From: an uncultured Candidatus Saccharibacteria bacterium
GTDB lineage: Bacteria > Patescibacteriota > Minisyncoccia > Minisyncoccales > CG1-02-41-26
Direction of reading: 5' to 3'
Length of the DNA: 42,871 nt
Assembly: GCA_964450565.1 (NCBI GenBank)
Contig: CAYVCP010000001.1
Span: forward strand, 15,073 to 57,943
Both the position numbers and the translations under genes were made by a program. Under the pieces are notes generated by a model, which ran no database searches, was not told where the DNA came from, and saw only the letters and a program-made list of their open reading frames with translations. Shown one piece after another: positions 18,579 through 25,572 of the stretch (its first letter is position 1; each line of letters opens with the position of its first letter).

Positions 18579-19885
18579 CCTTTTTTAAAAAATAATTGAA
18601 AGGTTCTTAAAAGTATTCCAAGGTCTAAGATAATAGATCTATTCTTTATGTAATAAAGATCATATTGGAATTTTTCATGACTTTCTTCTTTGTTCCTTGC
18701 ATATTTTATCCATCTTGTTTGTGCCCACCCTGTAAATCCAGGCTTTATAATATGCCTTAAATCATAATGGGGAATTTCTTTTTCTAAATGTTTCACAAAT
18801 TCAGGACGTTCTGGTCGTGGACCTGTCAATGAAAGATCTCCCTTTAATACATTAATTAATTGAGGGAACTCATCTATGTGAAATCTTCTTATAACTTTTC
18901 CTGTTTTGGTCCTTCTCTTGTCTTCTTTTTCTGCCCACTTTGCTCCGTTTTGTTCAGCATTTTCTACCATAGATCTAAATTTCCATATCTGAAATGTTTT
19001 TGAGTTTTTTCCTACCCTCTGCTGTCTGTAAAAAATAGGGCCCTTATCTTCTATCTTAATTAAAAATGATGTTATAAGCCAGATGGGAAACGTAATACAT
19101 AATAGTATGCTACTTAAGAATATATCTAAAATTCTTTTTGTATTATCATAAAGTTTTTTTTCATTATTTGTCATATTATTTAAAAACCACAATTTATCTG
19201 TGAAATCAACTGGGAGTTTGTTAAGAATTAGTTCATAAGCTTTTGCTAAATCAATGAAGGTCGTAATACAAGAAAGGCATTGATACAATTCTTTAACGAT
19301 AGCTTCATTTTCTGAAATATCTTCTGCTATTATTAAGACTTTAATTTTTCCATCTATAAGTTGTTTTTTGATATTCTTTTTTTTATCAAGAAATTTAACA
19401 AACCTATACCCCAGTTGAGGCTGGGTTTCAATTTGTTTTTGTAAGTTTTCTGATAATTTTGTTTTTCCTAAGAAAGCAACGTTTTGTAAATAGACCAAAG
19501 AGAAAAGAAAAAAGAATAGTTTTCTCCAAAGAAAAATAAGAAATCCAAAGACAAGAACATTAATTAAAAGATTTGTTTTCGGTGTAATGCTGAATAGGGG
19601 AATTAAATAAAAGAAACTTAATCCAATAAGTAAACATCCTATCGTAGCTTTAATTGTTTTTGAAAGTATTTCTGTTTTTTGTCTTACTATTTTTAAATCA
19701 TAAAGGCCAAAGACATACATTATAGAGAACCAGAAGATATATAATATAGCAAAGGGCAAAATATGATCGCTTATCAATTTTTTTGTTACGTTATTCCAAA
19801 AACCTAAATATATTGTTGCAATAAAAGAAATAGATATTAAAATTATATCTCCCAAGAACAAGACGAATTGTCTTTGCTTTTTCAT
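18575..19885 (-). CDS. polyprenyl-phosphate sugar phosphotransferase (WbaP/EpsL-type initiating 'bacterial sugar transferase')
   Basis: Multi-TM N-terminus followed by KRILDIFLSSILL..., GPIFYRQQRVGKNSKTFQIWKFRSM, DEFPQLINVLKGDLSLTGPRPERPEF. Confidence 0.88.
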   Translation of the reverse strand: MKKQRQFVLFLGDIILISISFIATIYLGFWNNVTKKLISDHILPFAILYIFWFSIMYVFGLYDLKIVRQKTEILSKTIKATIGCLLIGLSFFYLIPLFSITPKTNLLINVLVFGFLIFLWRKLFFFLFSLVYLQNVAFLGKTKLSENLQKQIETQPQLGYRFVKFLDKKKNIKKQLIDGKIKVLIIAEDISENEAIVKELYQCLSCITTFIDLAKAYELILNKLPVDFTDKLWFLNNMTNNEKKLYDNTKRILDIFLSSILLCITFPIWLITSFLIKIEDKGPIFYRQQRVGKNSKTFQIWKFRSMVENAEQNGAKWAEKEDKRRTKTGKVIRRFHIDEFPQLINVLKGDLSLTGPRPERPEFVKHLEKEIPHYDLRHIIKPGFTGWAQTRWIKYARNKEESHEKFQYDLYYIKNRSIILDLGILLRTFQLFFKKG

Positions 19886-19931
19886 ATTTCGTTATTTTAC
19901 AACGCTTTTAGCTTTTTAACAACCTATTTTA

Positions 19932-20291
19932 ATGCCTATGTCCATACAAGTATTTGTTAATGAATTTAAAAATAAAAAAATGAATTCAAAGAAGATAGAA
20001 AAAGAAATAACGAAGTTAATGCAGGATGAAGATGTAACAAAAGAATCTGGCATTTACCCATATGTTTTGACTAGACAAGAAAAATATCTAAATATTCGAG
20101 TATTTACCGATAAAATGAAACGAGAAGCATATGAGAGGCAAAAAGGTATTTGCCCAAGATGTAAGGAACGTTTTGAAATAGAAGAAATGGAAGCAGATCA
20201 TATAAAGCCTTGGCACGAAGGTGGAAAAACAATAGATAAAAATTGTCAAATGTTATGCAAAGAGTGTAATAGAAGAAAATCTGGAAAATAA
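19932..20291 (+). CDS. small stand-alone HNH endonuclease-domain protein
   Basis: C-terminal CPRCKERFEIEEMEADHIKPWHEGGKTIDKNCQMLCKECNRRK, i.e. CxxC...DH...N...CxxCN HNH. The start could be ATG 19932, 19938 or 19980. Confidence 0.7.
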   Translation: MPMSIQVFVNEFKNKKMNSKKIEKEITKLMQDEDVTKESGIYPYVLTRQEKYLNIRVFTDKMKREAYERQKGICPRCKERFEIEEMEADHIKPWHEGGKTIDKNCQMLCKECNRRKSGK

Positions 20292-20323
20292 AACTTAAAA
20301 GATTATTGGTAGAATTTAAGTTG

Positions 20324-20364
20324 TGTAAAGATACCTGTCAATTTGCTTGACAGGTATCTTTACA
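20324..20364 (+). terminator. perfect 18-bp inverted repeat (5-nt loop); candidate intrinsic terminator of the HNH gene and/or operator
   Basis: TGTAAAGATACCTGTCAA (20324-20341), loop TTTGC, TTGACAGGTATCTTTACA (20347-20364). Followed by only a short TTT run. Confidence 0.45.
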
Positions 20365-20375
20365 TTTGCTACGAT
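20347..20375 (+). promoter_or_regulatory. candidate sigma-70-type promoter for the XRE/Panacea operon
   Basis: TTGACA (20347-20352), a 17-nt spacer, then TACGAT (20370-20375). The -35 lies inside the right arm of the palindrome. Confidence 0.4.
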
Positions 20376-20443
20376 AGAAACGTGGCTAATAATTTTGAAA
20401 AAATAACGTGGGATATGTTAGAAAAATTATATAAAAAATAATT

Positions 20444-21220
20444 ATGATTACATTTTTAAAAAAACTTCGCCAAGAAAACGATGTGAGCCAAGGATTTTTG
20501 GCAAAAAAAATAGGTGTATCCCGTCCGACTTATGCGCAGATTGAAAGCGGTGCGCGAGACATATCTGTAAAAGAAGCGCAAAAATTAGCCCGATTTTTTG
20601 GATTGTCTTTAGAAAATTTTCTTGCTGGTAAAAAAACACCGGAGTCAAAAGTAGAATTGGAGAAAACAAAAAAGAAAAAAATACAAAAAATTGAACCTCG
20701 TGATTCAGTACCTCAGGAAAAAGTAGAAAAATTCAAAGAAGTACTTTTGTATATTTTGGAAAAAATAGGTGCGCGTCCAAATGTCGGCGAAGCTGTCGTG
20801 TGTAAATTAATGTATTTTATTGACTTTGATTATTATGAAAAATTTGAGGAACAATTAATTGGGGCTAAATATATAAAAAATCATTTTGGACCAACCCCTG
20901 TTGCTTTTCCTGAGATTATTGCGCAAATGGAACAAAATGGTGATTTGACACGTGTTACAAAAAAATATTTTCAACACGATCAAAAAAAATATTTACCACG
21001 CAGATTTGCCGACCTTTCGAATTTTTCAGCTAGAGAAAAAGAATTAATTGATTGGGAAATTGAACGATTTAAGGAGTTTAACGCTACAAAGATGCGTAAT
21101 TATTCACACAAAGATGTTCCGTGGATTGGTGCTGACGATCTACAACCGATTAACTATGAAGCGGTTTTTTCTCGTACCGATGAATTTTCCGTAAGACAAT
21201 ACGATGATGAACTATTATGA
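20444..21220 (+). CDS. XRE-family HTH protein fused to a Panacea (DUF4065/SocA-like) domain; putative PanA-type antitoxin
   Basis: N-terminal LRQENDVSQGFLAKKIGVSRPTYAQIESGARDISVKEAQKLARFFG (HTH_3). C-terminal VVCKLMYFIDFDYYEKFEEQLIGAKYIKNHFGPTPVAFPEII resembles DUF4065. Confidence 0.65.
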   Translation: MITFLKKLRQENDVSQGFLAKKIGVSRPTYAQIESGARDISVKEAQKLARFFGLSLENFLAGKKTPESKVELEKTKKKKIQKIEPRDSVPQEKVEKFKEVLLYILEKIGARPNVGEAVVCKLMYFIDFDYYEKFEEQLIGAKYIKNHFGPTPVAFPEIIAQMEQNGDLTRVTKKYFQHDQKKYLPRRFADLSNFSAREKELIDWEIERFKEFNATKMRNYSHKDVPWIGADDLQPINYEAVFSRTDEFSVRQYDDELL

Positions 21221-21569
21221 AACAGAAGAATTTACACGTGATTTTAAAAAACTGCTGAAGAAATTTTCATCATTGGCGGAAGACTTAGAAGTGAACAAGC
21301 AATATCGGATTGAGCTTTTTCATTGTAAGGGGATAGATAGTAAGGGTATTATTGAAATTCAAGGAGTTGGCAATACAACGGAGCTTAAATTTTTTAAAGT
21401 TAAAAAATTTCAATGTAAAGACTTAAAAGGTCGTGGAGCAAAAAGTGGCATTCGTGTTATTTATGCTTATTTTCCTGTTGAACAAAAAATAGTGTTTATA
21501 GAAATATATTTTAAAGCAAATCAAAACAACGAGAACAAACAAAGAATTATTAATTTTATAAATACATAA
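21204..21569 (+). CDS. RelE/ParE-superfamily (HigB/Gp49-like) toxin candidate
   Basis: 121 aa. The C-terminal core GIRVIYAYFPVEQKIVFIEIYFKANQ is typical of RelE/ParE-fold toxins. Overlaps the upstream antitoxin-like gene by 17 nt. Confidence 0.55.
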   Translation: MMNYYETEEFTRDFKKLLKKFSSLAEDLEVNKQYRIELFHCKGIDSKGIIEIQGVGNTTELKFFKVKKFQCKDLKGRGAKSGIRVIYAYFPVEQKIVFIEIYFKANQNNENKQRIINFINT

Positions 21570-21572
21570 TTT

Positions 21573-22154
21573 ATGAATATAGAATACGAAGCAACATTTT
21601 TAAACATTAATAAAGATGTTATACGGGAGAAGTTGAAAAACATTAATGCTAAATTAGTTAAAGCTGAATATTTACAAAAGCGAGTTGTTTTTAATTTACC
21701 AAAAAATATAGATGGAGCACATAAATGGGTTAGAGTAAGAGATGAGGGGGATAAAATTACGATGAGTTTGAAAGATGTCGATGCTGGAAAAATAGAAAAC
21801 CAAAAAGAGGTTTGTTTAAGGGTGGGCGATTTCAAGAACGCTGTGGATCTATTAGAATTAAGTGGGTTTCATAAAAAAGCGTATCAGGAGAATAAGAGAG
21901 AAAAATGGCTATGTGATGAGTGCGAGATAGATATTGACGAATGGCCATTTTTAGAACCATATATAGAAATTGAGTCAACAAGTGAGCAGTTAGTAAAAGA
22001 TATGGCTCAAAAATTAGGATTTGATTACTCTAAAGCATTGTTCTGTTCTACAACCACTATTTATGCTAAAAAATATAATATATCGGATGATATTATAAAC
22101 AACCAAACACCAAAAATAATTTTCAATATGGAAAATCCGTTTTTGAGAAGATAA
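21573..22154 (+). CDS. CYTH-domain protein (class IV adenylyl cyclase / triphosphate tunnel metalloenzyme family)
   Basis: N-terminal IEYEATF (ExExK-like), WVRVRDEGDKITMSLKD, ENQKEVCLRV, REKWLCDECEIDIDEWPFLEPYIEIES. This follows the CYTH beta-strand pattern. The start is 4 nt after the toxin stop. Confidence 0.55.
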   Translation: MNIEYEATFLNINKDVIREKLKNINAKLVKAEYLQKRVVFNLPKNIDGAHKWVRVRDEGDKITMSLKDVDAGKIENQKEVCLRVGDFKNAVDLLELSGFHKKAYQENKREKWLCDECEIDIDEWPFLEPYIEIESTSEQLVKDMAQKLGFDYSKALFCSTTTIYAKKYNISDDIINNQTPKIIFNMENPFLRR

Positions 22155-22286
22155 AAATATACGAAAATATACGTTGATATTATATGTATAAGCCGAACCT
22201 TTATTTTTAAATACCTATGAGGAATACTATCATATGAAACGGTGTCTTTAATTGCAATTTAATGTTTTTTTGTCTAAAATGTTTCA

Positions 22287-24395
22287 ATGGGAAAAAAATC
22301 AAGATTAAAAAAAGAGAAACAAAAGAATCATATAGCCATAGGGGAAGAAATTAAAGAGCAAAGAGATGGTTTTGAGAGTTTTTTATTGCATTTAATTGAA
22401 GTGGTTGCGGGTGTAGCTCTTTTTTGTCCCTTGGTTTTTGCAACGCATTTTTATTTTCCCTATGTTGGCCCAAAGAGTCTTTTTTTTATGGCAATGTGTC
22501 AAGTCATTTTTTTTACTTGGCTCATCTTAGCTATAAGGTATAAAAAATATAGGCCTAAGCTAAACTTTGTTTTAATTGCTATGGGCTTTTTTCTTTTTAT
22601 TTTAATTCTGTCAGCACTATTTGGAGTAGATCCTTCGCGTTCATTTTGGTCTAAATTTGAGAGAATGACAGGAGTTTTAATGTGGCTACATCTGTTCGGT
22701 TTTTTCTTAGCTTTAAGTTCTACTTTTAAGAAAATATCTCAATGGAAAAATTTATTAATAGTTTCTTTGTCGGTTGCTATTATCTTAAGCACTACCTTTC
22801 TTATTGTAGAAACAGAATCAAGGTGGTTTGCTCCTGAAACAGGAAGTATTTTTACCTTTGCGAGAGGAGGTGGAGCTACCCTAGGAAATAGTTCCTTTTT
22901 GGGAAGCTATCTTCTTTTTAATGTTTTTATTGGTCTTTATCTATTTTTTAGAGACGATAGGAAATGGGCTAAAATTTTAGCAGTTGCTGCTATTATCCTT
23001 GGGTTTTTAGCTATTTTTGCTTCTGGAGCAAGGGCAGCTACTTTAGCTACTTTGGGAGGGATGGGCTTAGTATTTTTACTATTTTTGTCTTTTTATCAAA
23101 AAAATAAAAGATTAAGAAAAATAGGCATAATCTTTTTAATAATATCTATTTTGATTGTTTTATCTGCTTTTGTTATGTTGTTTTTTCCACAAACTTTTGT
23201 ACATAAAAAGTTTATTGAATTAACCACACAAGCAAGATATTTGAATTGGCAAATAGCATGGAAGGGTTTTTTAGATAGACCTCTTTTGGGATGGGGTCCT
23301 GAAAATTATACAGTTTTATTTCCAAAATATTTTCATCCCTGTTTGTTTACAAAAGAATGCGGTAGTGAAATTTGGTTTGATAGAACACATAACATTATTT
23401 TAGATACTTTATCAATGACAGGAATTTTAGGACTTTTATCTTACCTTTCTTTATTTGTTATTTCTTTTTTTGTTTTATGTAAAAAGTTCTTTAAAGAAAA
23501 ATTAATTGATTTCTTTGGTTTTAGTATTTTTACTTCTTTATTAATTGCTTATTTTATTCAGAATTTAACTGTTTTTGATATGGTCGCTAGCTTAATGATG
23601 TTTGTTCTGTGCCTATCATTCCTTTCTTTTTTAACTAAAAAAGAAGAAAGGAAAGAGCAGTTAATTGTGTCACAGAAAAAGTGGCCTATTATTGCTGTTT
23701 TGATTATTTTCTCAATTACTTTTTTTCAATTCATTATACAACCTCTTAAAACAGATAGTTTGACAATTGATGCTATTGCAGAAAGCCCTAACCCAGACAT
23801 TATTGATCAATTAAAAGAAAGAGGAGATGACCAAGTACAAGCTTTCTTAAGGAGTGTGGCTGAAAAGAGAATTGCTCTTTACAATAAAACATTAGAAACT
23901 TCTCCTATGGGAAAATATCAAATAAGAGATTTTTTTGCTCAGCATACTCAAGAAATTTTAAATAGTTATATTAGCTTGATGCCAGTAGATGTTTATAAAA
24001 AAGAACTAGATGCTGGGATAGCGCTTTTAGAAGATTCTGTTAAAGATTCGCCATTAGATTATAGGTCAGCTTTAAAACTTGCTCAACTTTATAACCTTTA
24101 CATCTATATAGAACCAGAGAAATTAGAGAGAGCTGAAGAATTAGCCAGAAAAGCGTTAGATTTATCTCCTACTAATCAACAGTCTTATTGGGCATTGACT
24201 CAAACTAATCTTTATATGAATAATCTTGATGTAGCCCTAGATTATGCAGAAAAAGCAATTATATTAGAGCCCAACTGGTTTCAAAGTTATTTGATTGCTC
24301 ACCAAATAGCAGGCTTCAAAGAAGACGCAACAAAGCAAGAAGAGATTATAGAAAGAGCAAAACAAATAAATCCTGATTGGGAAAATAATTTTTAG
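22287..24395 (+). CDS. O-antigen ligase/polymerase-like (Wzy_C) polytopic membrane protein with a C-terminal TPR domain
   Basis: About 12 hydrophobic segments, GARAATLATLGG and FDRTHNIILDTLSMTGILGL (Wzy_C-type loop). The C-terminal ~230 aa carry TPR-like repeats (ALKLAQLY..., YWALTQTNLYMNNLDVALDYAEKAIILEPNW). Confidence 0.7.
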   Translation: MGKKSRLKKEKQKNHIAIGEEIKEQRDGFESFLLHLIEVVAGVALFCPLVFATHFYFPYVGPKSLFFMAMCQVIFFTWLILAIRYKKYRPKLNFVLIAMGFFLFILILSALFGVDPSRSFWSKFERMTGVLMWLHLFGFFLALSSTFKKISQWKNLLIVSLSVAIILSTTFLIVETESRWFAPETGSIFTFARGGGATLGNSSFLGSYLLFNVFIGLYLFFRDDRKWAKILAVAAIILGFLAIFASGARAATLATLGGMGLVFLLFLSFYQKNKRLRKIGIIFLIISILIVLSAFVMLFFPQTFVHKKFIELTTQARYLNWQIAWKGFLDRPLLGWGPENYTVLFPKYFHPCLFTKECGSEIWFDRTHNIILDTLSMTGILGLLSYLSLFVISFFVLCKKFFKEKLIDFFGFSIFTSLLIAYFIQNLTVFDMVASLMMFVLCLSFLSFLTKKEERKEQLIVSQKKWPIIAVLIIFSITFFQFIIQPLKTDSLTIDAIAESPNPDIIDQLKERGDDQVQAFLRSVAEKRIALYNKTLETSPMGKYQIRDFFAQHTQEILNSYISLMPVDVYKKELDAGIALLEDSVKDSPLDYRSALKLAQLYNLYIYIEPEKLERAEELARKALDLSPTNQQSYWALTQTNLYMNNLDVALDYAEKAIILEPNWFQSYLIAHQIAGFKEDATKQEEIIERAKQINPDWENNF

Positions 24396-24405
24396 TATTA
24401 AAAAA

Positions 24406-25389
24406 ATGGATAACGATTCTTATGCGAAAGATAATAAAAACTATTTTGATAAACTAATAGTTAATGTTCCCGAGTTGTACTCTCAATACCCTCCTAAGGA
24501 TTCTTCTAAAAACACTTTTGATATCAGAAAGACTATTTTTTCAAAGATTTATAGGAGTCGTTTTTTTACTTTAAAGATAAGAAATTATCTCTTTCATTTT
24601 TTTAGAAGAATTAATTTAGATTTAACTTGGCTTGATGAGTTTAAGTTTTATTGGCAAGGTTGTCTCAAGGGAAGACCGTTTTGGAGTTCTCATGATTTTT
24701 TCTTTCTTAAGAACCTATACAGAGTAAAATTTCAAAACAATGAAGTTCCCAAAGAGATTGATAGTTCAAAAGATCATTTAGATTCGTGGCAAAAACCAGA
24801 AGTTTTATACCAATTACTACATTTAGTTGCTAAAGAATCTGTTCACAATGAAATAAAAATTATTAAACTGTTAAAAAAGTATAGAAAGATTAAAGATCTA
24901 AACATAATAGAATTTGGGTGTGGCACAGCTCCTATTGTAAAATCTTTATATGAATTTGAACCTAATTTTAATAAATTAAAAATAACAATATCAGATATTC
25001 AAACTTTGGCTTTTCACTATGCTTGTTTGAGATTTAGTCACTTAAACAATGTAAAATCACTTCTCTTAGATTATAAAAATGATTTTCAGGTTGTAACTCA
25101 AGAAAAGTTTGATGTTATTTTCTGTATAACAGTTTTTGAACATTTGCAAAATCCCTTAGAAACAATAAAAAAGTTTTATCATTTACTAAATGATAATGGA
25201 TTATTATTCTTTGATTATATCAAAGGAAATGGAGAAGGTTTAGATACCCAGAAAGCTGTTATTGAAAGAGACGACGTTATTAATTATATAAAAAACAATT
25301 TTAAAATACTTTCGGGAGAAGTTTCTAAAGAAAAAAGTATCGGTTTGTGTTTGTGTGAGAAAAAAGCAGTGAAAAGCTTGACAAAGTAA
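24406..25389 (+). CDS. class I SAM-dependent methyltransferase with an N-terminal extension of unknown function
   Basis: IIEFGCGTAPIV (motif I), FDVIFCITVFEHLQNP, LNDNGLLFFDY. Confidence 0.55.
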   Translation: MDNDSYAKDNKNYFDKLIVNVPELYSQYPPKDSSKNTFDIRKTIFSKIYRSRFFTLKIRNYLFHFFRRINLDLTWLDEFKFYWQGCLKGRPFWSSHDFFFLKNLYRVKFQNNEVPKEIDSSKDHLDSWQKPEVLYQLLHLVAKESVHNEIKIIKLLKKYRKIKDLNIIEFGCGTAPIVKSLYEFEPNFNKLKITISDIQTLAFHYACLRFSHLNNVKSLLLDYKNDFQVVTQEKFDVIFCITVFEHLQNPLETIKKFYHLLNDNGLLFFDYIKGNGEGLDTQKAVIERDDVINYIKNNFKILSGEVSKEKSIGLCLCEKKAVKSLTK

Positions 25390-25439
25390 AGTTAATTTGC
25401 TAATATAAGAACAAGTGTAAGTGTAGTTTCTAAGTAGGT

Positions 25440-25470
25440 AAAAGATTTTCCTTTTTTGGGAAGATCTTTT
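25440..25470 (+). terminator. candidate intrinsic terminator hairpin
   Basis: AAAAGATTTTCC (25440-25451) pairs with GGAAGATCTTTT (25459-25470). The stem is 12 bp including one G-U, with a 7-nt loop. T-rich sequence follows (GCTTT...TTTTTTTT). Confidence 0.45.
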
Positions 25471-25572
25471 GCTTTACAAAAATTTTTTTTATTTATATAA
25501 TAACAATGGGTTGGGAGCGGCACTTACACTAATACTTAGAAGTCAACCCTCCCGGCCCATTGGTGTTTTAAA

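Noticed and set aside
19886-22286. Calling the islet a prophage remnant, transposon or integrative element
   Set aside because: No integrase, transposase, recombinase or terminal inverted repeats were seen. Only a weak imperfect direct repeat lies at the borders, so it is reported as a finding, not as a mobile_element feature.
25507-25559. tRNA or SRP RNA in the murB upstream gap
   Set aside because: The GC-rich stem-loop is only about 53 nt. It lacks a cloverleaf, a T-loop GTTC and the D-arm, and it lacks the SRP domain IV GGAA/AGCA motifs. It is kept only as an unclassified structured element.
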